Source of the DNA: a virus
Length of the DNA stretch: 64,000 bases
Direction: 5' to 3' (one strand)
Virus record (IMG/VR): IMGVR_UViG_3300028706_000553
How positions within the stretch are numbered: position 1 is the first letter of the stretch; each line of letters starts with the position of its first letter. The notes under the pieces were generated by a model. That model saw only the letters and a program-made list of their open reading frames with translations, was not told the DNA's origin and did no database searches. The translations under genes and the position numbers were made by a program. Of this stretch, positions 18,209 through 28,409 are shown piece by piece.

Positions 18209-19194
18209 ATTTAGATATTTACAAAGCAACAGATATTCCACAAAGACGTGAAGGTAATATTGCGAAAAGGTCTTTTGGTGGAACAGAATTAACGACATTA
18301 GAGTTATGGTCTCATTTACCGCAAAAATATAAGACAGACTATCAATGGGTGATATCAAGATTATATGATGATGATATGCAAACCGTTTTACCTAAAATAT
18401 GGTGGTTTCATGATCTAGCAGGTGATCCATGTCATAAGCTTCTTGAGCATAATACTGGCCATGAGAATTTTGAAAAATTTATTTTTTCCAGTCATTGGCA
18501 AATGATGACCTTTATATCAAAATATAATTTGCCCACCACTAAATGTGAGGTAATGAAAACAGCGATCTTCCCTCACGAACAATATGAAAAGCCAAAAGAT
18601 GATAAACTAAATTTAATATATTGTTCTACTCCTCAAAGAGGTCTACATATTTTATGCAATGCTTTACATGAACTCGAAAGGGATGATTGGCATTTACATG
18701 TTTATTCATCTTATAGTGTTTATGGGTGGAAAGAAAATGATCAACCTTATAAAGAGTTATTTGAACATATAGAAGGAAATCCTAATATGACTTTACACAA
18801 TTCTGTTATTGGAAGACCTTTAAGAGAAGAATGGGAAGATATGCATATTTGGACTTATCCTTGTATTTGGGAAGAAACATCTTGTAGAACAGCTATGGAA
18901 GCTATGTCTGCAAGAACTGTTATGTTAACAAATAATTTAGGGGCTTTACCTGAAACATGTTCTGATCATGCAATTATGTATCCTTATGTTAAAGATGAAA
19001 TTCAACATTGTTATAGGTTTGCAGATGAGTTAGATAAGTTGATGGATAATTATTGGGAATCTGAAACTCTAGATATAATTAATAGAGCGAAGAAACATGC
19101 CGACAAATATTATAGCTGGGAGTATAGGGCCCCTAAGTGGATTGAAATGTTGGAGTTAATGGAGATAGAAGATGACCTCGCTGAAACAGATTAG
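18205..19194 (+). CDS. Glycosyltransferase, GT-B (GT4-like)
   Basis: GGTELT, YCSTPQRGL, YPCIWEETSCRTAMEAM (EX7E-like). Confidence 0.8.
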   Translation: MNLDIYKATDIPQRREGNIAKRSFGGTELTTLELWSHLPQKYKTDYQWVISRLYDDDMQTVLPKIWWFHDLAGDPCHKLLEHNTGHENFEKFIFSSHWQMMTFISKYNLPTTKCEVMKTAIFPHEQYEKPKDDKLNLIYCSTPQRGLHILCNALHELERDDWHLHVYSSYSVYGWKENDQPYKELFEHIEGNPNMTLHNSVIGRPLREEWEDMHIWTYPCIWEETSCRTAMEAMSARTVMLTNNLGALPETCSDHAIMYPYVKDEIQHCYRFADELDKLMDNYWESETLDIINRAKKHADKYYSWEYRAPKWIEMLELMEIEDDLAETD

Positions 19195-19609
19195 AGGAAT
19201 AGCATTCTCGTGTTTTGATTTATTACACGCCGGACATATTACAATGTTAGCAGAAGCGAAACAACATTGTGATTATCTTATTGTTGGATTGCATACATCA
19301 CCAGGACATAAAAAGAATGTAGTACAATCATGCTTTGAGCGATGGGTACAATTAAAAGGATGTAAGTATGTGGATGAGATTATCCCATATGAATCAGAAA
19401 AAGATCTTAAGAATATGCTCAAGACAATAACACCTCTTCATATGAGATTTTTAGGTGAAGAATATTTACGTGACAATTTGTTTATAACAGGGTATAATAT
19501 ATGTGAAGATAGAGATATTGAAATACATTATTGTCGAAGATATCATGATTATAGTTCAACTGAGTTAAAGGAGAGAATTGCTAGTTTGTCAAACACCTCT
19601 AAGAGTTAG
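19172..19609 (+). CDS. Cytidylyltransferase family (TagD / HldC-like)
   Basis: FSCFDLLHAGH, LIVGLHT, ERWVQL..CKYVDEI, YSSTELK. Confidence 0.85.
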   Translation: MTSLKQIRGIAFSCFDLLHAGHITMLAEAKQHCDYLIVGLHTSPGHKKNVVQSCFERWVQLKGCKYVDEIIPYESEKDLKNMLKTITPLHMRFLGEEYLRDNLFITGYNICEDRDIEIHYCRRYHDYSSTELKERIASLSNTSKS

Positions 19610-20540
19610 TTTTATTGGTGGCGGAACAGATCTACCAGAATATTATAAAAACGCTGATAAACCAGGAAAAGTAATCAGCGCTGCAATAGACAAATATACA
19701 TATGTTGTAGTAAATAAACTTTACAGGAAACAATGGGTTTGTAATTATTCTAAGAAAGAAATTTGCAATTCTATTGATGAAATCCAGCATGAATATATTC
19801 GTGAAGTACTTAAACATTTTAAGATAGATTTTGGTTTAGAGATTACAACTTTAGCAGATATACCTTCTGAAGGTTCAGGGCTTGCATCATCATCAAGTAT
19901 CTTAGTAGGATTAATACATTCAATTGGAACATTGGTTAAAGCAGATTTAAACCATAACGATATAGCTCATCTAGCATGCCGTATTGAGATAGAAATATTA
20001 AAGAAGCCAATTGGCAAACAAGACCAGTTTGCTGTCAGTTACGGCGGTTTTAACACTCTTTCCTTTAGGAAATCTGGCAAGGTCACGGTTAATGAATTAG
20101 AAATCGATGAAAACTTTGAGGATATGTTCGTTTTAGTTAATACAGGTATTCACAGACAGTCATCAGATATTTTGACAGATCAGAGAAAAAATACCCAGAG
20201 AAAAGTTCAGAAATATGATCGAATGGCTGAATACGTTGAAGAGGGTTTAAGACAACTTAAGAAAAAAGAATATTTTGATTTTGGACTTACAATGCTTAAT
20301 TCAATGAGAATAAAACAAGAATTAGCAAAGGGTATTATAAATGATAAAATAAATCTGTTGATTAATAGATCATTACATGATATAATAGGTTATAAAATTT
20401 GTGGTGCAGGTGGAGGAGGATATTTACTCTTTATGACAGAAAATCCTCAAGGCATACAATCAAAGTATGAAGACCTAGACACTTTCAGAATAAAGTTTGA
20501 TAACCAAGGATCAAGAATAATATTAAATAATGAAAAGTAA
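19578..20540 (+). CDS. hddA: GHMP sugar kinase, D-glycero-D-manno-heptose-7-phosphate kinase-like
   Basis: TPLRVSFIGGGTD, PSEGSGLASSS, IGKQDQ, KICGAGGGGY. Confidence 0.85.
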   Translation: MLVCQTPLRVSFIGGGTDLPEYYKNADKPGKVISAAIDKYTYVVVNKLYRKQWVCNYSKKEICNSIDEIQHEYIREVLKHFKIDFGLEITTLADIPSEGSGLASSSSILVGLIHSIGTLVKADLNHNDIAHLACRIEIEILKKPIGKQDQFAVSYGGFNTLSFRKSGKVTVNELEIDENFEDMFVLVNTGIHRQSSDILTDQRKNTQRKVQKYDRMAEYVEEGLRQLKKKEYFDFGLTMLNSMRIKQELAKGIINDKINLLINRSLHDIIGYKICGAGGGGYLLFMTENPQGIQSKYEDLDTFRIKFDNQGSRIILNNEK

Positions 20541-21132
20541 AACTTGGAAACATTTTGCGGATGATGTAGATGGTATATGCCAAGCAGTACGTGCAGATCA
20601 TATAAATCATCTTATAGAAGGTATTTGGGAGACTTACAAGTCCCAAAAACAATTTTTTATTTGTGGTAATGGTGGGAGTGCATTAAATGCAAGTCACTTT
20701 GCACAGGACTTATCAAAAGGGGTTATTGAAAATGGAAGTTCAAAACCTAGGATTAGGGCTATTTCTCTTAGTAACGACATCGGTTTCATTACTGCTACAT
20801 CTAACGATGATAGCTATGATAACATATTTGTAAATCAGCTTATAACGCTCGCTAATGAAGGTGATTCATTATTTGTTATAAGTGGTAGTGGAAACTCAGA
20901 AAATGTTGTTAGAGCCGTTGATTACGCTGAATTAAACGGGATTAAGACGTATGGTATCTTAGGATATGATGGTGGTGTGTGTAAGTCTAAAGTCCAAAAG
21001 TTTATACATATTAACTATAATCATATGGAAAAGTGTGAAAGCGTAATGTCTATCATATTACATTACGTGATGTGTGAATTAAAAACAAGACATGAAAGTT
21101 ATAGACTTACAGGAATTCAAGAAGAGTCGTAA
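20530..21132 (+). CDS. gmhA: Phosphoheptose isomerase (SIS domain)
   Basis: FICGNGGSALNASHF, ATSND, ISGSGNSENV, LGYDGG. Confidence 0.85.
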   Translation: MKSKTWKHFADDVDGICQAVRADHINHLIEGIWETYKSQKQFFICGNGGSALNASHFAQDLSKGVIENGSSKPRIRAISLSNDIGFITATSNDDSYDNIFVNQLITLANEGDSLFVISGSGNSENVVRAVDYAELNGIKTYGILGYDGGVCKSKVQKFIHINYNHMEKCESVMSIILHYVMCELKTRHESYRLTGIQEES

Positions 21133-21406
21133 TCTTAAAAGGGCAACAGCAGAAACTGATGTGCCTTTAAAAGTGGATAGTTTTTACAAACATAAGGATT
21201 TACCATTATGGATTCATGTTATGGGACAAAGTATTCCTAGCTTATTTGGTGGAGGCCAAGTGATAATAGCGCAAGCGCATGATGGTAAGGTGTTATGTTT
21301 TGAATTCGGAGAAGAGTCGTTATGGGAACCTGTTTCATTTAACGTTTTTGATAGAATAGTAATGGAAACACAAAATAGTCAACCTGATCCTCCAGAAGCG
21401 AGTTAA
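21092..21406 (+). CDS. Hypothetical protein
   Basis: 104-aa ORF in operon context. Confidence 0.6.
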   Translation: MKVIDLQEFKKSRNLKRATAETDVPLKVDSFYKHKDLPLWIHVMGQSIPSLFGGGQVIIAQAHDGKVLCFEFGEESLWEPVSFNVFDRIVMETQNSQPDPPEAS

Positions 21407-21407
21407 T

Positions 21408-22196
21408 ATGGCATTTCAGAAAAGATCGCTCGAAGCGCAGCATATGGGTGAAGAACCAGATCCAAGGGATTGGATGGAATTAGAGGAAGATGTTCTAACA
21501 AATAAAATGTATGACGCATTTAGATGGTATTATAAATTCTATGACTTTAAAGAAACAATGGATTTTGTTTCTGAATACTATAAAAAGAATAAAGTTAAGA
21601 CGACATCACCTAAAAAGATTAAACCAATAGATTTAGAAGCAGTAGGAATGCATGTTGGTTATATTGCGCGGTTAAAAACACGGGGTCTTGATCGGTGCCC
21701 AGAAAAACTTGAAACACTTTTTATTGAGAAACTTAAAAAGATTGAAGAAATTGCTAATAGAAGAAAAAATCAACAAGAAGTGGCACAGCCTAATAAAGTA
21801 AGACCAGATATTCAGCAAAGAATGCATGATATGGCAAAGAAGTTGGCATTTGATGTGGAAGAAGTTGTGGAACAACAAATTGATAGTGGATTTAAGGAAA
21901 AATTTAATTTTAAGACCTTTGTTAAACAAAATAAGATTTCTAAGCCTGTTGCAAAGCATTTAAAAGAAGAAATAAATTTAATGGCGGAGGAGATACGATT
22001 AGCAAAAGATGGAGATCCAGATCTTAAAGAGGCATATAGCCATTTAAATGGAATTATTAAAAACAGATTAATCAAATTTTATGATAATTTGATTGAAGAA
22101 TGCGATAACATTCAAACGGTGAAAAAAGAAAGTAGTAAACCTGTTAAGTTAAATTGGTATAGAAGGAATAAAAACAAAAAGAAAAAGAAAAAATGA
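21408..22196 (+). CDS. Conserved T4-like hypothetical protein
   Basis: 262-aa ORF upstream of rnh; Lys-rich C-terminus. Confidence 0.7.
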   Translation: MAFQKRSLEAQHMGEEPDPRDWMELEEDVLTNKMYDAFRWYYKFYDFKETMDFVSEYYKKNKVKTTSPKKIKPIDLEAVGMHVGYIARLKTRGLDRCPEKLETLFIEKLKKIEEIANRRKNQQEVAQPNKVRPDIQQRMHDMAKKLAFDVEEVVEQQIDSGFKEKFNFKTFVKQNKISKPVAKHLKEEINLMAEEIRLAKDGDPDLKEAYSHLNGIIKNRLIKFYDNLIEECDNIQTVKKESSKPVKLNWYRRNKNKKKKKK

Positions 22197-23044
22197 TACT
22201 CGTTGATTATAATCAGATGATAATTGCTAATTTTATGATATTTCAAAAGCAATTTGAACCTGGAAAAGAAAATGATATGGTTCGCCATATGGTTATGAAT
22301 AACATTAAGATGATTCGTAATCGTTTTTGTGACAAATATGGAAGTGACATGGTTTTCTGTTGCGATAATAAAAATAATTGGAGAAAAGATTATTTTCCAT
22401 TATATAAGGCAAATCGTAAGAAAGCCAGAGAAGAAAATAAACAGAATATAGATTGGAAAGCTTTATTTGGAGTTATTGATGATATTCGTTCTGAATTAGA
22501 AGAATACATGCCTTATAGGGTTGTTACTATGGATGGATGTGAAGCAGATGATATTATAGGCGTTATATGTAAGAATTATAATACAGATCCTATTTTAATT
22601 GTTTCATCAGATAAAGATTTTATCCAACTACAAAAATATAAAAATATTTCACAATGGTCTCCTTTAACAAAGAAATTTTTAAATAACCCTAAACCTGAAG
22701 AACAGCTAAGGGCTTTAATTGTAAAAGGTGATCGTAGTGACGGAGTACCAAATATATTGTCAAATGATAATTGTTTGGTAGAAGGGTTACGTCAAAAACC
22801 ACTTTCAAAGAAGAAAATTGAAAAATGGTTAAGTGGAAATCCAGAAGAATTGTTTGAAGGTGAGCTTTTACGCAATTATAAGAGGAATGAAACTCTTATA
22901 GATTTAGCGTGTATACCAGATTCAATTCAGATAAATATACAAACACGGTATGAAAGTGATCAGTACACCGGCCGTGATAAAATGCTTAATTATTTCATTA
23001 AGTATAGACTTAAAGAATTGACTGAATCCATTCAGGAGTTTTAG
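22193..23044 (+). CDS. rnh: T4-type RNase H / 5'-3' exonuclease
   Basis: MILVDYNQ, YKANRK, EADDIIG, SSDKDFIQL, KGDRSDGVPN. Confidence 0.92.
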   Translation: MILVDYNQMIIANFMIFQKQFEPGKENDMVRHMVMNNIKMIRNRFCDKYGSDMVFCCDNKNNWRKDYFPLYKANRKKAREENKQNIDWKALFGVIDDIRSELEEYMPYRVVTMDGCEADDIIGVICKNYNTDPILIVSSDKDFIQLQKYKNISQWSPLTKKFLNNPKPEEQLRALIVKGDRSDGVPNILSNDNCLVEGLRQKPLSKKKIEKWLSGNPEELFEGELLRNYKRNETLIDLACIPDSIQINIQTRYESDQYTGRDKMLNYFIKYRLKELTESIQEF

Positions 23045-23047
23045 ATT

Positions 23048-23503
23048 ATGACACTTATAGAATTATTTAATTTGATTGATAAAGCAAAAAGTCAGAAAGA
23101 GAGGGGAGAATTACTAACACAAAATAAAAGTCACCATTTGGAGAACTTACTGTGGTACACGTTCCATCCAGATGTAAAATTTTTATTGCCTGAAGGTAAT
23201 CCACCGTATCAAGCCCAAGCAGAAGATCCACAATCGACATTGTTATACGGACAGATTCGTAAATTGAGATATTTTGTGGAGGGCCCAGGCGGAACTGACT
23301 TTTGTGCTGGTAATAATATTAATCCTATAAAAAGAGAAACAATGTTCATCACTATGTTAGAAAGTGTGACACCAACTGAAGCTGAGTTCCTTATTAAAAT
23401 GAGTAAGAAAGATCTCGGTATTCGTGGGTTGACTTATAAGTTAGTGGCGGAGGCGTTTCCTCATCTCATTCCGCCAGTGCCGGAAACTAAAAAAAGCAAG
23501 TAG
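23048..23503 (+). CDS. Conserved T4-like hypothetical protein that follows rnh
   Basis: LPEGNPPY, KRETMFITMLE, AEFLI..K pattern. Confidence 0.7.
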   Translation: MTLIELFNLIDKAKSQKERGELLTQNKSHHLENLLWYTFHPDVKFLLPEGNPPYQAQAEDPQSTLLYGQIRKLRYFVEGPGGTDFCAGNNINPIKRETMFITMLESVTPTEAEFLIKMSKKDLGIRGLTYKLVAEAFPHLIPPVPETKKSK

Positions 23504-23554
23504 TACCATAATAACATATGATGCGTAATGTGAATTAACATTTCGGAGCAATTT

Positions 23555-24187
23555 ATGTTTAAGACAATAGCTGCTATTGCTATCTTATTAGCAATAGTAT
23601 CCTATCCAGTAAAAATCGTGCATCAACAAGCGGATGCTGCTAAAATAGTTGAGTCTACCACCAACGAAAGGTCCGCAGTAACACTAAAACAGCACTTGGA
23701 AACCCCAAGCATTAGTTTGAAGCCGATTCGACAATGGAAAGTTACACAATACAATAATTTTGTAAACCAACAGGATGAAATATCTTGTTTAGCACATAAT
23801 ATCTATTTTGAGGCTGCAATTGAAAGCACTGCCGGGAAACTAGCAGTAGCTCATGTTACACTTAATAGGGTACTAGATAAAAATTACCCGAACTCTTATT
23901 GTAAAGTTGTACATGATGCCCAGCTTCACGCAAGTGGTCACCCCAAACGAGATATGTGCCAATTTTCCTGGTATTGCGATGGTAAACACGACATACCATA
24001 TCCAGGAAAAAATTGGGCCCATATTCAAGGCTTAGCAAAATGGTTTTATCAAAGCAACGAAAGAGATCATTTAAGAGACATAACAGATGGTGCTACTCAT
24101 TACCATGCGGATTATATTGATAATCCAATGTGGTCTAAATACAAAAAAATTACAGTTAAAATTGATAGACATATTTTTTATAGGTGA
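23555..24187 (+). CDS. SleB-like cell wall hydrolase (Hydrolase_2)
   Basis: N-terminal hydrophobic helix; CLAHNIYFEA, VAHVTLNRV, CQFSW, GATHYHADY, HIFYR. Confidence 0.88.
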   Translation: MFKTIAAIAILLAIVSYPVKIVHQQADAAKIVESTTNERSAVTLKQHLETPSISLKPIRQWKVTQYNNFVNQQDEISCLAHNIYFEAAIESTAGKLAVAHVTLNRVLDKNYPNSYCKVVHDAQLHASGHPKRDMCQFSWYCDGKHDIPYPGKNWAHIQGLAKWFYQSNERDHLRDITDGATHYHADYIDNPMWSKYKKITVKIDRHIFYR

Positions 24188-24189
24188 TT

Positions 24190-24462
24190 ATGCCAAGTTA
24201 TGATTATATTTGTAAAAATGAAGAGTGCGGTCACGAGTTTGAGGAGTCGCATAAGATAGTAGATCGACATATACCAGCAAAAGAGCCGTGTCCCTTATGT
24301 AACAAGGACACGGTACAAATGAACGCTCAACGAGCCGGATTTGTTTATGATAATATTTCAGGCACGACTATAAAGGGTCATAAGAAGAAACCAGATGAAG
24401 CCTTTACAGATCACTTGAAACAAATGAAAAGGAATTATCCGGGAAGTAATATGAATGTTTAA
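24190..24462 (+). CDS. FmdB-family zinc-ribbon protein
   Basis: MPSYDYICKNEECGHEFE..PCPLC. Confidence 0.8.
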   Translation: MPSYDYICKNEECGHEFEESHKIVDRHIPAKEPCPLCNKDTVQMNAQRAGFVYDNISGTTIKGHKKKPDEAFTDHLKQMKRNYPGSNMNV

Positions 24463-25099
24463 TCATGTTGAGTTAGATTTTGAAGAATTAGAAACAACTA
24501 ATATAAACGGCCAAAGGGTATATCAAACACCTGATGGTAACTTTCCTTCTATTACAACAGTCTTGGGCCGTAAAAAAGCGCAATTCTTTAAAGAATGGAG
24601 GCAAAGAATTGGTGAAGAAGAAGCAAATAAAATAACTACACAAGCAACTCGTCGAGGCACGAGCATGCATACGGTAGTGGAAAAATATATTGCTAACGAT
24701 ACTGATTACTTTGGAAAAAGTTTACCTAATGTTCGTTCTATGTTTAATACTATCAAACCCTTTATAGACTCCCATCTTAATAATATTGCTGGTATTGAAA
24801 TACCTCTCTGGTCCAAACAATTAGGAATTGCCGGTCGCTGTGATTGTGTTGGTGACTGGAAGGGGGAGAAAGCAATATTGGATTGGAAAACTTCTGGTAA
24901 AATAAAAAAGAAAGCATGGGTTGAAGATTATTTTTTACAAGCAACAGCGTATTCTATAATGTTTGAAGAAAGAACAGGAATACCTATAAATAGTATTGTA
25001 ATAGTTATGGCAGTTGAGAATGAGGAGCCACAAGTTTTCGAAGAAAAGACTCCGGATTATTGGAAACTCTTGGAAACGACATTGAAGGAATGGAAGTGA
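24455..25099 (+). CDS. PD-(D/E)xK exonuclease
   Basis: FPSITTVL, RGTSMH, AGRCDC..ILDWKTS, YFLQATAY. Confidence 0.85.
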   Translation: MFNHVELDFEELETTNINGQRVYQTPDGNFPSITTVLGRKKAQFFKEWRQRIGEEEANKITTQATRRGTSMHTVVEKYIANDTDYFGKSLPNVRSMFNTIKPFIDSHLNNIAGIEIPLWSKQLGIAGRCDCVGDWKGEKAILDWKTSGKIKKKAWVEDYFLQATAYSIMFEERTGIPINSIVIVMAVENEEPQVFEEKTPDYWKLLETTLKEWK

Positions 25100-25860
25100 A
25101 AAACCAAGTCCTGATAACGGGCGTTAAAGGATTCATTGGTCATCATTTATATGACTCATTAATGGACGAAGGCTACAATGTTAAAGGTATAGACGACTGT
25201 TCCGGGTTAGGCTGGGAAGACAGGGAAGTCCCTCATTCTCATTGCGATATTACTAAAGATCCCTTACCATTTTCAAATGCAGAATATGTTATTCATCTAG
25301 CTGCAAAAGCTGGTGTTCGTAAAAGTTGGCAAGAAAAATATTTAAAAGATTATTGTGATACGAATATAAAAGGTACAGCACGTATCTTTAATCATTATAA
25401 AAATTCTAAAATATTATATGCATCAAGTTCTTCCGTTAAAGATATGAAAAGCCCTTATGCAATGACAAAAGCTGCCGGTGAAGCCATGGCTCCTAATAAT
25501 GCTATAGGAATGAGATTCTTTACAGTATGGGGTGAGCGCTCACGTCCTGATATGTTTTATAGACAACTCCAACAAAAAGAAATAGGATATCTAACAACAC
25601 ATACTAGAGATTGGTGTCATGTAGATGATGTTTGTAATGCTATTAAATTATTAATGGAAAATTTTAAAGTTTGGAAAAAGAAACTACCAGTTTATGAGAT
25701 TGGGTATGGAAGCCCAATGTCTGTATATGATTTTGCAAAAGCACAAGGACCAGAAGAATTTGATATTGATGCATTACCGTTTAAAAATGTAACCGGTGAG
25801 TCAGAAGAAACTTGTGCTGATTCTGCTCCATTAAAAGCACTTGGCTGGAATGTTATGTAG
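25096..25860 (+). CDS. NAD-dependent epimerase/dehydratase (extended SDR)
   Basis: VLITGVKGFIG, HLAAKAG, YASSSS, YAMTK (YxxxK), RFFTVWG; GTG start at GTGA overlap (alternative ATG 25090). Confidence 0.85.
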   Translation: MKNQVLITGVKGFIGHHLYDSLMDEGYNVKGIDDCSGLGWEDREVPHSHCDITKDPLPFSNAEYVIHLAAKAGVRKSWQEKYLKDYCDTNIKGTARIFNHYKNSKILYASSSSVKDMKSPYAMTKAAGEAMAPNNAIGMRFFTVWGERSRPDMFYRQLQQKEIGYLTTHTRDWCHVDDVCNAIKLLMENFKVWKKKLPVYEIGYGSPMSVYDFAKAQGPEEFDIDALPFKNVTGESEETCADSAPLKALGWNVM

Positions 25861-26998
25861 TTACCCTTACAAGCAAGTTGCCTTAAAAGATTGGGACGGC
25901 GATAAATTAAAGTGGTCCCATCCTTGCTGTAATATGTCTCGCCCGGAATGGGAAGATCCAATGGGAATGCATGACATAGATAAATTAACCCCCCCTGAAA
26001 TATTTGAATCAGAACAATTTAAGTTGTTGCGAGATGATTTTGATAATAATCGCAAGAATGATTTTTGTAAAACTTGTTGGAATATGGAAGAGAGGAATAT
26101 TGAACCTTTTTATATTCATAATGATGATATAATTCCTAAAGGACAATTAGATTCAATTGATTTTACCTTATCTAATAAATGTAATTTAGCTTGTAGAATG
26201 TGTGATCCACAAACAAGTCATAGGTTAATGGTAGATTGGAAGTTTTTCAAATCCCAAGGGTTAATTAAAGATATTGAAAATATAACAGCTGGTAAATTTA
26301 GAGAAGAATTAAATATACCAAATGTAAAAAATTCGATTCAATATAAATGGCTTTTAAATAATCCAGTAAAGGAATTAAGATTTAGTGGTGGCGAACCATT
26401 TTTTGATTCATTAATAATAGATTTATTGGATAAATATATTAAAGAAGGTTGGGCAAAAGATACCATCTTAGCGTATCATACTAATGGTACCCTATTTAAT
26501 GATGAATTAATTGGCAAGTTAAATCAATTCAAAAAACAGTTTCCAAAAATTAGTATAGATTCAATAGAAGAAGGATATGACTATATACGTCATCCTTCCA
26601 ATTTTGATGATTTAGATAAAACCGTTCGTTTATTTTTAAATAATTCTACTAATTTGGGCAGAATTAATATTGCTGTTGTTATTTCTGCTTTAAATATCTT
26701 AGACCTTCATAATCATTGGTCATGGTGTTGTACCTTACCTAAAAAAGTTTTTGTTTCATATTGTGAAGTATATCCTGATAATAGGGGCATCAGCCCTAAG
26801 AATTTGAGCAGAGCTTTATTAAATGAGTTGCCTTACATAGATTCTAGAAAACATCAGCAAATAATTCAATCTTATAAAATACGAAACGTTGAAAGGAAAG
26901 AATCGGTTAAAAAAGAAATAGAATTATTCGATATGTCTAGATCCCAAAGTTATAAAAATTATTTACATCCTCATTTAGTATCATGGTTAGATTCGTAG
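25850..26998 (+). CDS. Radical SAM protein with N-terminal twitch-like domain (rSAM 1)
   Basis: CNLACRMC, FSGGEPF; N-terminal C..P..PCC..CKTC. Confidence 0.9.
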   Translation: MLCSYPYKQVALKDWDGDKLKWSHPCCNMSRPEWEDPMGMHDIDKLTPPEIFESEQFKLLRDDFDNNRKNDFCKTCWNMEERNIEPFYIHNDDIIPKGQLDSIDFTLSNKCNLACRMCDPQTSHRLMVDWKFFKSQGLIKDIENITAGKFREELNIPNVKNSIQYKWLLNNPVKELRFSGGEPFFDSLIIDLLDKYIKEGWAKDTILAYHTNGTLFNDELIGKLNQFKKQFPKISIDSIEEGYDYIRHPSNFDDLDKTVRLFLNNSTNLGRINIAVVISALNILDLHNHWSWCCTLPKKVFVSYCEVYPDNRGISPKNLSRALLNELPYIDSRKHQQIIQSYKIRNVERKESVKKEIELFDMSRSQSYKNYLHPHLVSWLDS

Positions 26999-28242
26999 TA
27001 GTTGGTGGAGGCGCCGCAGGATGGATTACATCTCATTATCTAAAAAGAAATTTAGATTGTGAATTAACAGTTGTCCATAAAAAAGAAAATGAAATTATAG
27101 GTGTAGGAGAATCAACAACACCTACTATTTTAAAAGTTATAGAAGATGTTAAGTCATGGCAAGAAGATAGTAAAGCCCTTATCAAGTATGGAATAAAATT
27201 TAACGACTGGTTAAGACCTAATAGTGAATGGTATCATTTATTTGAAGATGCTTTTATAAAAGATGGTGTTGACTCTATTGAATTTTTGAAAAACGAACAT
27301 CCTAAAATTGATACTACTACATTTAATTATTATCATGGCGATTTTTTAGTTAGATGTAAAAATAATATAATGGATACTAAAAATAATTCAATTCCAGGAT
27401 ATGGATTTCAAGTACAGGCAGATAAATTGGGGCTTGCTTGTAAAAATGAATTGGAAGGTGAATATAGGTTAATTGAAGAAGATGTTACTACTGTTCTTTC
27501 AGATAAAAATGGAATACGTTCTATCGGAACAGAAAACCATATACTACATGCAGACTATTTTATAGATTGTTCCGGATTTGAAAGAATATTGATTAATAGG
27601 TTATCATCTTTTGAACCTTATGAAGATATGATAGCCAATTCGTATATTGTTGGTAGACTAGATAAACATAAAAAAAGACCTTATACAGTAACAACTGCAT
27701 TAAAAAATGGCTGGCGATGGGAGATAGATACTCAAGATAGAACGAACGCCGGTTATGTTTATTGTGATCATTTAACAAGTCATGAAAAGGCAATGGAGGA
27801 ATCAGGTATAGAAGGAGAAAAGAAAAGTTTTGTATCTGGTAAAATGAAAGATATTGCAATTAAAAATTGTATTAGTAATGGCTTAGCACAAAGCTTTATT
27901 GAACCGTTGGAAGCAACATCATTAATGATGACTTGTTATACAGTTGAAAAATTCGTTGAAATTATTAAGAGAGGTAAAAGAATAGAAACTCTTAATAAAA
28001 TTATGGATAAATTTTTAAAGCACACTAAAGAATTTGTAAAATATCATTATATATTAAGTGAAAGAAAAGATTCAGAATGGTGGGAGTATTGGACAGAACA
28101 GAAAAGTGATATACAAGATTTTTTCGAACGCTCATTAAAGAATAAACGATATTGTAAGAAAAATGATACATTATTAAATCATTATAATATAGCTTCAATG
28201 ATGGTAGGCTATGAATGCTTAACAGAAAGAAAAAGAATATGA
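26983..28242 (+). CDS. Flavin-dependent (tryptophan halogenase family) protein 1
   Basis: VVGGGAAGW, IGVGEST, IKYGIKF (catalytic Lys position), DCSGF, GWRWEI, FIEPLEATS. Confidence 0.85.
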   Translation: MVRFVVVGGGAAGWITSHYLKRNLDCELTVVHKKENEIIGVGESTTPTILKVIEDVKSWQEDSKALIKYGIKFNDWLRPNSEWYHLFEDAFIKDGVDSIEFLKNEHPKIDTTTFNYYHGDFLVRCKNNIMDTKNNSIPGYGFQVQADKLGLACKNELEGEYRLIEEDVTTVLSDKNGIRSIGTENHILHADYFIDCSGFERILINRLSSFEPYEDMIANSYIVGRLDKHKKRPYTVTTALKNGWRWEIDTQDRTNAGYVYCDHLTSHEKAMEESGIEGEKKSFVSGKMKDIAIKNCISNGLAQSFIEPLEATSLMMTCYTVEKFVEIIKRGKRIETLNKIMDKFLKHTKEFVKYHYILSERKDSEWWEYWTEQKSDIQDFFERSLKNKRYCKKNDTLLNHYNIASMMVGYECLTERKRI

Positions 28243-28409
28243 TAATAAACAAGATAGTCAACTATTGGAAAGAAAACTTTGGGAAAGAAGATTTAAAATT
28301 CCCCTGCACTTATAAACCAGGCAAAAATAGCAAAGAATTTGAAGATTCTATAGATGCGATGTTACGAGAAAAGTATCCTGAAAATTGGAAGAAGCACGGC
28401 GGAAAGTAA
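28239..28409 (+). CDS. Small hypothetical protein (56 aa)
   Basis: ATGA overlap with the upstream stop and TAATG overlap with the downstream start. Confidence 0.55.
   Translation: MIINKIVNYWKENFGKEDLKFPCTYKPGKNSKEFEDSIDAMLREKYPENWKKHGGK

Noticed and set aside
22160-22196. Poly-Lys / A-rich tracts (also near 5240-5265 and 11340-11360) as frameshift sites
   Set aside because: They read in frame as Lys-rich tails, and no alternative-frame extension is needed to complete any gene.
24985-24992. Exact TATAAATA ~100 bp upstream of the first cluster gene (another copy at 34949-34956)
   Set aside because: Both lie inside coding sequence, and several chance copies are expected in DNA this AT-rich. 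Not called without TSS data.
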